This document shows, one piece after another, positions 38,729 through 53,676 of a stretch of DNA of 64,000 bases. Every line of letters begins with the position of its first letter. Position 1 is the first letter of the stretch. Origin of the DNA: the human T2T-CHM13v2.0 reference genome, Homo sapiens; NCBI RefSeq assembly GCF_009914755.1, contig NC_060936.1, one strand, 5' to 3'. The notes under the pieces were generated by a model. That model was not told the origin of the DNA. It was given only the letters and a program-made list of their open reading frames with translations, and made no database searches. The position numbers and the translations under genes were made by a program.

Positions 38729-39210
<482 letters not shown>

Positions 39211-39956
39211 GAGGAAGTAGTGGGTAGTAAGGGTGGTATTAGTTTCTCTTTCCATTATTCTCTGCTGTCATTTTCGTGGGGCAGCCCTGGGTGGTCAGGT
39301 TAGTTAATAATACCAGCGGCAAGTGGTGCCTGCAGGGCCAAGGTCAACCAGACCACCACGTGTATTCTGAGCTTTCATGTGCCAGAGGCTATGCTAGACG
39401 CTGAGATTTAAGCATAAATATGACATTAGGGGGCTGTGTGCGGCATTTAATTAGGGTTCTCAACTCCAATCCAATAAAATACACTTCTCCAATCCTCAGC
39501 CCAGGACTGGGTAAATCTGTAGAAGTCCTAAGCACTGAAAATAATATCATGCTCCCCCATACATAGTGCAAAAATAAGAACAATACCAACCAAAACGTGA
39601 ATTAAGAAAATCCCTGAAAGTTCTAGTATTTCCCTTAGTGCTTTTATTAAAATATCAAATGTCAAGTTATTTCAAAAAATTTTGATACTCTGTTTAGCTG
39701 GTGCCCAGGTTTACTGAGGTCCAATCAGGCCTCACCCAACATCCCCAATCCCCTGCAATCAACAAGGGGTCCCTCCACTGAGCTCTCTTGGCCACATCAC
39801 TGGGCCCAATCATGGGTAAAGTCAGTTCTGTCTGGGTGGCTTTTTGGAGTGAGAAATAGGTTCCAGATGTTGACAGCTGGTGGCCACCAGGGCAGACCTA
39901 AGTCTGTGTGGAGCTTGCAATTTCCCAGAGCCACACAGAGGCCTTTGTTCTGCAGC

Positions 39957-39958
<2 letters not shown>

Positions 39959-39994
<36 letters not shown>
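39959..39994. repeat. (TG)18 microsatellite at an Alu tail
   Basis: Uninterrupted TG run. Confidence 0.95.
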
Positions 39995-40362
<368 letters not shown>

Positions 40363-40489
40363 CTAAGAAAACACTGAGAAGGCAAAGCTGAGGATTAAAT
40401 GATCTCTGCTGTTGATTAGTGATCACCCATCACTGATGCTGGGCATGGCCACCCTTAGGCTATAGGCTGCAGAGGTGATTTAGTGTGAA

Positions 40490-40870
40490 CACTACATTTC
40501 TGAGACAAAAGAGACTGGCCTGAAATGGGAACAATGATATGGTCCTTTTGAAAAATGAACATTAATGAGACAATTGAATTGTATCATAAAAAGCATGTGA
40601 AGAAACCATAAATTTATTATACTTTTTAAGCAAATCTATGTTTATGGACTTTCAGGCATATAAATAAATAAATGTTCAAATGAGTCAACTTGGAGAAGGT
40701 CGTCTTGGAGAAGGTGATTAGAAAATGTTGCCATTGCTTCAAACATTTTGGAATTCTCGTTGGGAAGACATTCAAATTCTGTTTTTGGAGATGACTAATA
40801 TCCTCTTTTCAAATGACAAGTTCCCATTGAACTTTAAGGGGCTAATTGTCACTCACACTTTAGTGTGAAT
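40490..40870. mobile_element. Degraded mariner-type (MARNA-like) DNA transposon relic
   Basis: TGCCATTGCTTCAAACATTTTGGAATTCTC resembles the MARNA core from memory; AT-rich; boundaries uncertain. Confidence 0.35.
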
Positions 40871-42108
40871 TAGTTAAATCAAATGCAACTAACTATAATC
40901 TGACAGTCTGGGAAATGGGAGTTTAAGCTGGGGAAAGCGAGGCAAGGAGAGCTTGGAAGTGAATGCTGGACAACAGAGGGGGATAAGGAATTTGGGGAAG
41001 TAGAAAACAGGGCTTCCAGAGAGCAGCTGCAGAGTGAGCTGTGCCCCAGGAGGGAGAGGACAGAAAGCTGGGAAAAGGGGCCGAGGTGGAAGAGAGAATT
41101 GGGAAGACGTAAGGAGGAGCCTCGGGGCTGGTGCAGGAAGCGGCATGGAGTCAGTCCAGCATTTTAGTTAGGTGAGTGAGGCTTGGAGGCAGGTAGGTCT
41201 GAGTTCGAATCTCGATTTGTCATTTATTAGCTATGTGACCAAATGCAGGTGATACCTTTCTAAGCAGCCTGCTATAAAATAGTTTTGTGCAACTATGAAG
41301 TAGAGAAAATAATACGGCCTTCTTTTAGCGTTGTCATGGGACAAATGTAATAAACGACATAGATGTTTGTCAGAAAGGAAGCCCTCAGTAGAGGCCAGTT
41401 GTTGTTATTATTATATAAAGGTACAGGAGAAAGCCTAGAGCAAGCTCTGCCCCTTCAAAATGGGAACACCATCAGATTTAGTTCAACACTGTTTATCACG
41501 GGTGCTGCACTACAGCTGTAAGACATAAAAAGTTGAATGAGAGGGAATTATTTGCCCACAGTCTACTAAACAGCACAGACTAAGTGCACACATAACCAAA
41601 ACTGATATAGAAATCAGTTTGGGTGACAGCAGAGTTTGGGTCCTCAGGAGTGGGCAAGGGTCAGGTATGGGGGGTGCCCTCAAAAGAGCCTTTCCCATGG
41701 AGGATGCTGTGTCTGAGATGGGTGTGGAGGGATGGAGGAGGTCCGCACAGCTGGGGAAATGCAGAGGGAAGTCCTTGAGAAGAAATCAGCTTGAGCGAAG
41801 GCACAGAGGTGAGGACATCCAGGTCTGTGAGGGGACCCTTTTGTGCTGTGCAGTGGGAATAGAGCTGTCCTGAACAGGACTTGTAGGGCCCTGAATGCAA
41901 TGGTGCCCTCTCACCTCATCTCAGCATGAGCTTCATTTCCAACATGGATCTGAGAACTGGGCTTATTCCTGCTCACCGCAGCACAGTGTACAGCATTTGT
42001 CAATAATAAAATGAACTTATAATGATTAAGAAACCATTTTAAAAATCTGCCAGTTCACAAGTTTCTCTCCAGATGAGCTACACAGAATAGCAAGTGCTAT
42101 TTCTTTCA

Positions 42109-42505
<397 letters not shown>

Positions 42506-44907
42506 AAAGTGTGAACATTTGGGTATAGTGACATACCAGATAAAATTTAACATACAGATTCCAACAACCCAAGGCCTGAAATAACTTTCACCTCTGTATC
42601 CCTCCTAGAAACTTATGAGACCTAAGATCAAGTAGAAGGAACACAGTACAGCATAGGAGTTGAGACCAGGTGGTTTGGAAATACAGTGCTTGGATTTGAA
42701 TCCAGGCTCTGCTTCTCCTTTTCTGTGAATATCTGTTTGTATCTGTCACGTAGGGATGATAGCACCTTCCTCACACGGTGGTGATGAGAATTAAAGGAAT
42801 AGTGCACGGCAAGGACATTGCTTGGTATATAGAAAATTGTGAGTAATGCTACTCATCAGTATCATTCATCATTCACCATCTACTATGTATCAGGTGCTGT
42901 GAATAAAGTATAGCCCTTGACCCAGAGACACAGAAAGTTTCAGAGGCAGGAGCCCTGTGTTCATCCCCATGTCCTTTGAGTTTCTGCAGGGTCTATGGGC
43001 AGGCCCTCTCCTGAAGGGAGTTTGTCTCTTCTCTTCTATCTCACCACTTTTGACAGGCTGTTGATGCCACCTCTTCAGAAAGACTTTCTCTGGCCTCCAC
43101 GTCCTGCAACCCCATCACCCCCTATCTCATTACCCTACTTTCTTCATAGCACTTACTGTTCTCTGAATTTGTATTCTTTATTTACTTGCATATTGCCTCA
43201 TCCTCCTACTAAGATGCAAGCTCCATGAGAACCAGGACCTTGCCTGGCTCATTCACCCTGTGTATTCCAGGCACACAGTGGTGCGTAATAAGTACTTGTT
43301 GACTAACTCATTACTAGATGAAAGAAAGTCACTAGAAGTTGGTTTTGGGATGGTGCAGATCTGACAAAACCACTAGATTGTAAGTGGCTCCTTGTGGACA
43401 GAGGCCACATTTTCTTCTGTAGACTTTCTTAGTTGCCTACCAGGTTCCGCACATGCAGGGGAACGTGATAAACACTTGTTAGTGGACTGGCTGAGTCAAT
43501 CAGAACAGAGAGGAGGTTTACCTGGATGGAGTAAAGGGAGTAATGAGATTATGGGTCTTGAGGACAGAAAAAGGCATAGAAAATTGTTTCCAGTGCAGGG
43601 GAGGTATTATTATTGTGGTAGGATAAGGGTAAGTAGATTTATAGTCATTTTTACTGTTGATAAGTTTAAAAATACGGCCCATGAGCTTATACAAGAAAGC
43701 TGGAGGTTTCACAATTTTTCCATTGCTTTGAAAGAGAGGTAACTTCCATCTACACTGGCATTCATCCCTTGGGCCTACGTGACATTTACAAGTCATTTAT
43801 CAGCACTGAACTCCCAAGAGCTTGCTTCTCTGCCATTCTCCAAGATGTTGGCTGACACCCTCTGACAGGAGAAGCTGGGATATGTTTTGACAACCAAGTG
43901 GTTTCTTTAGCAAGCTGCTGGTGTTCTCAGGCAGCTCGGTGGAGAAAGCTTTGGCTTTCGGATCAGGACTGAAACTCTCCGGGGGTTCCCCTTGCAGATG
44001 TGCACACTGACTTCATCCTAAGGCTGTTATTCAGATTCGTCTGTGAACTCTGTGAAGCTGGCTTGTCAACTGAGTACAAAGCAGGTCTCAGGCCTCATCA
44101 CTATCCATTTTTCTACTTAAGAAAATCTAGTGAACTTGTAGCACAAACACCTAGAGACCCCAGAAAATATCTTGTGAGCCCCTTCTAAGAAGGAGAAGTG
44201 AGCAAAATACTATAGGGAAGGGAGGACACAGTGAAATACCAAGAGTCAAACTGGGGAGTCAGTCCCTACACAGATGAAGAGATTTAAGAATTCCAGGTAG
44301 TGGGTATGACTGGCACTGCTAGCTACCACTTGCTGAGCACCTACTGTGTGCCGTGCATCATGGTAGACACTTTATATGCATTATTCCCAGTCCCTGGAAT
44401 GGTGTGCCAGGTTGTAGAGCTACTGACATTCAGAGAGGATGATGATGTGCCTCAAACCACACAGCTAGTAGCCGGCAGAGCTGGGTTCGAACGCATGTTC
44501 TCTGACTCCAGACTGTGTCTCTTTCCACCCAGCCAGCCAGTCAAGGCTGGACACAGAGGAGCAGAAATCTGTATTGGTGGATTGTCCAGGCAGAGCAATG
44601 AAGCTTTTGCATAGGTGGAGAGGAGGGGCCTGGGCAGAGCGGGTAGAGCTGGGTAGCAGGAAGGAGAAATCACAGCTGCAGAAGCCTGGTGAGGAGTAGA
44701 CGGGAAACACACTGGGAAGAGAGGGAGGGGCTGTTGTTGCTTGAGCAGAAGGTTGGCAAGCATGTGAGACTGTTTGTGGGAATTTTGTGAGCCAAATTTG
44801 GGAAGTCAAGTTGAGGCAGGCTGTGGTAGGCTTTGAACAAACTGAGGAATTTTGAACCGATGCTATACTTTAGGTGAAGACAGCTGTGGAGCTCTCATGA
44901 GAATTAA

Positions 44908-45202
44908 GGCCAGATGTGGTAGCTCACGCCTGTAATCCCAATGCTTTGGGAGGCTGGGGCAGGAGGATAGCTTGAGGCCAGAAGATTGACACTGACCTGG
45001 GCAACATAGCAAGACCCTATCTCTCTAAAAAGTAGAAAACTTAGTCAAGCATGGTGGCTTGCACCTGTTGTGCCAGCTAGTGCAAGGGATGGGAGGATCT
45101 CTTGTGCCCAGGAGATCAAGGCTGCAGTGAGCTGTGATAGGGTGACTGTACTCTAGTCTGGGTGACAGAGGGAGACCCCATCTCTAAAAAATGGAAAATA
45201 AA
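44908..45202 (+). mobile_element. AluJ (diverged)
   Basis: GGCCAGATGTGGTAGCTCACGCCTGTAATCCCA...GGCTGCAGTGAGCTGTGAT. Confidence 0.88.
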
Positions 45203-47340
45203 GCAGAGGGGAATTAACATAATGAAAGTGGTATTTTAGGAAGACTGGTGAGAATGGCATGTCGGAGAGCTGAGGCAGGGAAACCAGAGATAAGGTTTTG
45301 TCGTGGTGGAGGCAGGAGGAGGCTCCCACTCCCCCATCTGCTGCTCTGCCTGAGAAAGATTTCCCCTCCTCTCTGCTCACCTCCATTTCCGCACAGCTGC
45401 TGATGTTCCCCACAAATAGGCCTTCAGAGTGCTCTATCCAGCTCCTGCTAGCCTGTGGCCTGACTCCTCTACACCAGGGGGCCACGACCATGTCCAGGGT
45501 TGCCTGGGAGCACTCAGCAAATCCAAGCAAGCACATTTTCATAGCCAGAAGGAAGCCTGCCAATGTGCTGCCATCACAGGGAGGTACAAATATTTTGCTC
45601 TCTTACTATAAATGCTGATGGTGATTCTAGAAACAACTTGGATGTTTTAGGTCATAATTTATTTCTCCGTCCCATTCTGGGAAGGAAGGGAAGTTGTTGC
45701 CTCTTGTTTTAAATGGGAGACCCAAATCACATATTCAGTAATACCATGCTTATCTTTTGCTGGAAATTCACATGCTCGTGAAGGGCAGTGAGATGTTATG
45801 ATATTTTTCCCTCTACGAGGTAGTTAGGGCTCCTGGAAAAGGAAAGGTTACTTTTACCAGGAGAGAGGGTGCCAGCTCCCTTGACCCCAGACCCAGGTGA
45901 TACACCTATGCCAGATGGGAGTGTGTATGGGCATGGGGAGAGGGATGGGACGAGGGCTCTGGGGTATCTGCTGTCCTGTCATCTCCACATCTGAGGGATG
46001 GCTTCAGCCTCTGGAAACTGTGTCCATTGGATCTGACAACATGGGATGATCTCAGGAGTTTATCCAACCAGACAACCACAGAATCAGAGACTGTCAGAGT
46101 TGCAAGGGGTCTCAGAGTCCAACAATGGCAGTGTTCTCAAATTTCAGGATGTGTAAAAATCACTTGGGATGCTTCCAGAAATCAAGCTTACTGGGCCCTC
46201 TCCCCAGATCTTCTAGCTTACTGGGTCTCGGGAGTCTGCATTATTAGTTGGACCTCTTCATTGGAAGCACTAATGAATCTTGTCTGATTAAGCTCAGCAG
46301 GCAGAATTGCTCCTAGTACAGTAGGTTTTTGGAAAGCAAAGAAGGAGGCGGAATGACATCCTAGTGAGGGTCATCTGGTCGATCTGAGTGCTAAGCTCCA
46401 GCTCCCTATGGGGCCTTATGGTGGCACTCACACACTCTGCGCCCCTTCAGAAGGATTTCTCCTTACACCTCTTCCTTGAATATCCATGCCACCACCCTTA
46501 CAATTTTGGCCTTTCTAGGTCCTTGACTAAGGAGTGAAAATATTGACAACTTTCTATTATTTTATAGAGGCTCTTATTTCAGATTATCTCCCTTTTAAGA
46601 AAAATGGATAGCCACTTTTCCATGGCTAGAGGTGACAATTTTCAATCATTTTAATTATACCTAACACATACACAGTGTTACCATGTACTATTATACATTC
46701 ATCCCTTGTAATAACGCTGGAAAACTGGTGTCCTATTATGATTCCCATGTTACAGATAAGCTGGAACCCAGAGAGGTTAAGTAACTTGCCCAAGTTATAT
46801 GGCAAGTCATGAATTACCTGGGATTGAAGCTTAGGCATTCTGGCTGCAAAGTTTGTCCTCTTCCAACCGTTGTATTTCACCTGAACTCTTCTTCTTTGGA
46901 CAGGCTCTGAGTCCATGAACTGACTCAAGTGTGACATGCTAGACCTCTGGAGTTTTTTCCTCACTAAAATAGACTGCTATTGGGATGTCCACTTAATATC
47001 TTTTGGTCCTACATGCTTTAAGATCAGTTCTCCACTGCCAAAGGTCTCCATGGTTTATGTCCTGATTCCTTCAACAAGCTCATTGTCTCTAGTTATAAGG
47101 TCACTATCTCTAGGCATAGCCAAAACTTTTCTTAACAGTTATACTGCAGTTAGAAAATTATTTTTGTCTTAACTCTCAAAGTTGCCTCCTAGGATAAGTG
47201 TAAGGCATAGAACCTTTCCTCTATTTTACAAAAGACAAAATTAAAACTTCTCCCTTGGTTACCCACAATCTGCAAGCAAACTGTAGTTACCTAATATTTA
47301 TTGAGCATTTATATTTGCCAGAGACTGTTTTAAGTGTGTG

Positions 47341-47477
47341 GTTTTGTTTTGTTTTGTTTTTGTAGAGACAGTTTCATTATGTTGCCCAGGCTGGTCTCAA
47401 ACCCCTGGGCTCAAGCGACCTACTTGCCTTGGCCTCCCAAAGTGCTGGAATTACAGGTGTGAACCACCGTACCAGCC
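47341..47477 (-). mobile_element. Alu monomer (FLAM-like)
   Basis: Single left arm with (CAAAA)n tail; TTAAGTGT on both sides. Confidence 0.8.
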
Positions 47478-49834
47478 TTAAGTGTTTTCTGTGTACTATC
47501 TCATTCACTCCTCAAAACAATCAGGGAGTAGGTACTACTATTATTGCCATTTCGAACTATAAATGAGGCAGGAGAAAGATATTTGCCTAAGGTCTCATAG
47601 GAAGCAAATTGCAAAACCAGGATTTAATACCAGGCAGTCCAGCTCCAGAGCTAGCTCTGAGCTAATCCTTCTTGCCATAGCTTAAGCTTATTCCCTCATG
47701 CTGTGTCAGCAAAGAAGATTAATTCACCCATTGAGCAAATATTTATTGAATGCCTACTCTTTGCCAGGTGAAGGAAAACTGTACAGTCTCTGACTTTATG
47801 TAGCTTAGTCTAATGGAGGAGAGAGACACTGATCAAATAGTCCCATAAACCTAAGTGAAATGGCATGTGTGAAAAAGCACTGAAGGGGATGTCTATGGTG
47901 CCTGAAAGTGATGGTTTACCTTCTCAGGTGTGTTGGAGATAGAGACCTGGAACTACAAGGCCCCTTATGCCAAGAGTCTGCAAGCCTATCTGTGGTCACT
48001 ACTGCTAGGGACCTTAAAACCTAACTCTAGCTTTGAAAGCCTTGGGGTGAAAGAACAGAAGAAGCAGGACAATGTGCTATGCAAGCCTCTAGGCAGCTTC
48101 TCTTCTTCCCTCTCTAACAGACTCGTTTTTCCTGCCTTGAATGGATCCCTTGAGCCCTTGAGAGGGGTGAAATAGATGATTCCCTAGAGAACACCTTGAA
48201 AGCTTACTCTTTCTCTGTGTGGGAACTCAGCACCAGACCCTCTGAGGTTGAAGAAAGTTCACAAAGCGAATCAACTGCATCAGATCTGCTTGGAGAGAAA
48301 TGGGGGTCAGCATGCAGATTTCAGGGGAGACGAGGATGGAGACTCCGTGGGAGCTGGAGTCCCAGTGGTACATCCTAGAGAAGCAGACAAGGCCCTTCTT
48401 CTATGTTTGGCTGGAGTGCCTTCTGTGATGAAATGAGGGACAAGCTTAGGGCCCCCAGAGGACACATTGCCTCCATAGATTGGCGTGAGCATCACCGCAT
48501 AGATTCATGGGAGAGCTTTGGAAACTCGGGGGCTATACAGGTGATTTCCAAAGTGTTTGACAATCTGGGTGTACTGTATTCATTGGGAAGAGAAAGAAGA
48601 AGGCTTCTTTATCACCTCAGAAGGAGCCTTGATGATGAAGGTTTTCCGACCAGGTCTTTCAGTCCTTTTACCCCAGCTCAACCGAGATCTCAGATATTTA
48701 CTAATATCTGAGAAGCAACCCAGAAAATAGAAAGATTTCATTCACTTAGAGCCAATTTAGGAAAGGAGGCAATCCACCCAACCAAAGATTTATCAGAAGG
48801 GGCAAAAGGAGAAGCAGAGGGAAGGAAAAAAGAAGATGACAGTGAGGGAAGAGGGAAAGGAGTCAGGAAGTACCTGTAGGGTCATTGCCCTAAATGCTGC
48901 TCACTGTCCCCACAATTCATGGGTGGGCTACTTCAGAGTGTGAGATAATGTGTAGCACAGGTTGTCAGCCTCTCCAACGTCAAGGCCTGGACTGATAACA
49001 AAGGCAGGATGCCAGGAGCTCAGAGCTGACCAGATAGCCGGCCTTCAGCTTATCCAGCCTGGAGGATGGCATTTTCTTCTTGACCCACCGGTAAGAGCAA
49101 CTCCACTGCCCTGGGAGCCCAGGGTTTCTGCCAGCAGCACTTTCTTTTGAACAACTGGGTTGCATAAAACAAATAATGATGAGCAACTGGTTGCTACAGT
49201 GCTCCCCCACTTCAGGAAAATATGATTAGGATAGACAGAAACAAACAAACAAAAAACTTCTGTTGAGAGTAAAGATGCTGAAGGAAATGTGGCATAGTTG
49301 AATTAGCACCAAATGTGGAGCCAGGAAACAAGAGTCCCTGCTTTGCCACTTACTAACTGGCAACCTCATGCAGTCCCTTAAGCTGTGTGACTTTCAGATC
49401 CCTGTTGTAAAATGGAGCTAATACTGTATGCCTTATAGGGTTTTGAATATTTTACAAATGACGTAATCTCTTTTGAATGCAAGACCTTCTAAAAACTATA
49501 AAATACTTTGAAATAAAAAGGATTTTGTCTGTTAACTTGAAAAGGAATAAAGTAGAAATGCTAAGTGGAATGATTATATTTCACCTATACTGTTGCAAAT
49601 CCAGACTGCCGTGTTGCCAGTCATACTGCATTCCATATGAATGGCATTTTCAGAGTCATGATGTGAACGGTGTCTGTATCCTTTGTAGTAGTGTCAAATC
49701 AGGCAATGCAGTGGTGTCAAGTCAGGTGGAAGAAAATCATATTTAAAACAATAAAAAGCAGTTTAGTACATAGTTCCAGTCTGTATTTCAAAAAGCTATT
49801 AAGTTAGCAAAGCATTCATAGGAAGCAATGTATT

Positions 49835-50225
49835 TGTAAGGATAGGTTGGATTCTGCTTCAGTAACGAAATAGCCTCCAAGTCCCAAGGGCTTAAAACAC
49901 AAAGATTTATTTCATATTCACTTCATCTGTCCATTTTGGAATAGCAGGGAGCTTTGGTCACTCTAGTCACTCAGGAACCAATGGTGACAAACAGCCAGCA
50001 CCCGAACGTTACGAGCCACCATGCCAAAGGGAAGGAGACTTGTGAAGAATCTCACAGTGATACTTAAATGTGCTTGCCTAGACATGATAGATACTCCCGT
50101 TACTCCCAACTCATTGGCCAGAACTAGTCACATGACTGTAGCAAACTACAAATGACCCAGAAAGAACGATTCTGCCCAGAAGGTAGAGAGCTGGAAATAG
50201 TTGGAAATGCTAGTCATTACTCCAG
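49835..50225 (-). mobile_element. Old MaLR LTR (MLT1J/K/L-like)
   Basis: GGATAGGTTGGATTCTGCTTCAGTAAC, GGCTTAAAACACAAAGATTTATTTC, CATTGGCCAGAACTAGTCACATG. Confidence 0.65.
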
Positions 50226-51357
50226 TCGGTATTTGGAAACCAACGTGATCAGAACATCAAGTAGTTGATTGTGAAGGCACAGGTCCCCAAGTGATGGCCA
50301 GTGTTCAGAAATCCTACCTTCCAAAATGATGCTAAGGAACGATCTAGTCTTTTATTTTACTAGATGCTCCAATAGTTTGTTGAAGCAAATCTTGTTGCTA
50401 TGCGAACTAACTTGAACTATTCCTCCATTTTTGTGCCTATGGAATCTTAGAATGGCAGAAGTGGATGAGATTTCAGGGCTCACTCAGTTTCACAGTCAGA
50501 GAACAGGCCTGGAGAAAGGCTAACTAAGGGTCTCTTCTGAGTCACACGGCTACTGAGGGGCTGCCCTAGGACCAGAATCTAGCCCTCTCGTTTAGGCTTT
50601 GTTCACTTCACTCTGCACCACACTTCCTTTAGCCTTTTCTCCAGAGCCAGATGTTTCCATTTCGTGGTACCAGCTCTCATACTATTTTTACTGATACAGC
50701 TGGCTCACGTAACGGAATTCATCTGTATTCCTCCTTTTATCAAATACTGGAATGTCTGCCTGCCTAGTGAGACGAACATACCCAGAATTTTAGACCAACA
50801 ACTTGTGGAGTGACCTGTTTCTAAAGTATTCACTAGCTCATTTGCTAGGACTCTGGTTGACCTGTTGAGTTTGCATGAGAAAGCACTAGTTGTAGCTATT
50901 ACACCATTTATAAGACTGGCCTTTTATGCTCTGATTATGTGTTGTAATGCTGTGTTTTGCTGCTTAGTTAACTACAATAATTAAAACAACCCTTTATCCT
51001 TTGCTAGACTGTAAACTCCATGAGAGCAGGGACCATTTTTGTTCAGTTCTTTACTGTATTTGCAACCCCTAGGCACTCAGTAACATTTGTAACATGAATG
51101 ATTGTTTACTCTAGGCCACATCCTATGCTAGGTGCTTACTAAACAAGGTATCTTGTCCTCACAAGGAGCTTGCTGGGTAAATATAGTGTCCCGTTTTACA
51201 GATGAGCAAACTGAGGCTTAATAGTAGAGGCCATGTAGCTAATAAATGGATGCACCAAGGTTTAATCTAGGCCTATCTGGCTCCAAAGACTACATTTTTT
51301 TCTACAATACTAGTAATTTATCTTTTTCCCCAACCCTCTTTTATTTACCATATTTTC

Positions 51358-51656
51358 TTTCTTTTTTTTTTTTTTTGAGACAGAGTCTCACCCTGTCACC
51401 CAGGCTGGAGTGCAGTGACGTGATCTCGGCTCACTGCAACCTCCACCTCCTGGGTTAAGCGATTCTCCTGCCTCAGCCTCCTGAGTAGCTGGGATAACAG
51501 GCAGCCGCCACCACACTGGCTAATTTTTGTATTTTTAGTAGAGACAGAGTTTCACCATGTTGGCCAGGCTGGTCTCGGACTCCTGGCCTCAGGTGATACA
51601 CCTGCCTCAGCCTCCCAAAGTGCTGGGATTACAGGCATGAGCCACCGCGCCCAGCC
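51358..51656 (-). mobile_element. AluS (Sx/Sz-like)
   Basis: Full dimer flanked by ATATTTTCT on both sides. Confidence 0.92.
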
Positions 51657-51756
51657 AATATTTTCTACGATTTTAGGTAGTCTTCCTACACCACATTTCT
51701 ATGATGAATTCTCTCCTTCCTTTCTAGTTGCTTGCCCCAGGCCACTCCATGCTTAA

Positions 51757-52148
<392 letters not shown>

Positions 52149-53380
52149 AGAAATAATTTTCATCACAAAATCCATATAGCTAAAACTATATATCTCCATT
52201 GCTGATGGGAATCATGTTTGTAAGTTGTTTTTGTGTTATTTTTCCATTGTAAGTTTTCATTCATGTTCTCCTTTCTACAGCTGCTTGTGACCTCCCATTA
52301 GATACTAAAAGATGTGTTCCAAAAGGTTTGCGTGTTAGGAGAACCTATTTAAATGTTAATGTCAAGTTGGCAGGCAATAAGCTGACATCTATTATTTGTG
52401 ATGCAATTGATCCATCTGTGGGCCTTGCAGGTGGACCGTGAATTCCTTGTAGGCAGTAAGTGTCCCCCATTCAAGCCCTCCACCTAGCACAGGTGGTCGT
52501 TGGGAATATCAGTTGTTAAAAAAGCTTGACAAAGATCACACCTTTTCATACTTCAGGAAGCATGTCATTCTGTACAAAGAGGAGCTGTGCAAGAGTGGGT
52601 AAGAATCCATGCTTACCTGCCACTTCTATTGGGGAAACAAGTCAGAGTGCATGTCTGCATGCAATGGTCATCAGTGTTATCTGTGTCTGTCAAGGAGAAT
52701 AATGACTACAATGAGGCACTCCAGAGGCGGGTGCATTCTTCAGCTTTTCTTTATTGCTGTGTAATTAATCCTTCTCAGGTGAGGTGACTTTTCTCCATTG
52801 GTATTGTCCTGTGTTTATGTGTATCAAGCTCAATTTCTCCCATGAGAAGTGGTTTCTCCTTCCTCTGACCTCCCATGACATTTTAACTCCATGCCTCTGT
52901 CATGAACATCTGTGTGTATGTCACACATCCTTTATAAGTGCATAAGCTTCTTAGGTCCAGCTTCATGGCTTGAGCATTTTAGTTTGCTTTATGTTACCCA
53001 GAAGAAGTATCTTTCACATAATAAGTGGATTGTAAATCATTGTTGAAAATATTAAATTGGGGCATAATCACATTGGCATTATAACCTCAGAAAACACTCC
53101 TGAGAGAGTCAGCTGGGGGTTTAATGGCTGAAGTCACGTGCAAATGGCTTTGGACTGTGCTCTGCTATTCATGATCTGAGTTAGCCTGGGCAGGCTATTT
53201 AACCTCTGTATTTTCTGTTCCCTTATTTGTAAAATGGTGATTAAAAAATACCTAATTGAGGAGGTTGTGTGGACTGAGATAGCATAAACAAAATACTTAG
53301 TAAAGTGCCTGGTATTTCATAAATTATAGCTGTAGTAATAGTAGTAAAAAAATAACAATAACTGAGGCCTTTGGAAGAGA

Positions 53381-53676
53381 TTATTTTTTGACACAAGGTC
53401 TCACTCTGTTGTCCAGGCTGGAGTGCAGTAGTGTGATCATGGCTCACTACAGCCTCAGCCTCCGTGGGCTCAAGCAATCTTCCCACCTCAGCCTCCCAAG
53501 CAGCTGAGACTACAGTGGCACGCCACCACGCCTGACTAATTGTTTTTTGTATTTTTTGTAGAGATGGTGTTTCACCATGATGTCCAGGCTGGTCTCAAAC
53601 TTGTGAGCTCTAGCAATCCGCCCACCTAGGCCTCCCAGAGTGCTGGGATTAGAGGTGTGAGCCACCACGCCCTACC
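53381..53676 (-). mobile_element. AluJ
   Basis: GGGCTCAAGCAATCTTCCCACCTCAGCCTCCC; full dimer. Confidence 0.88.
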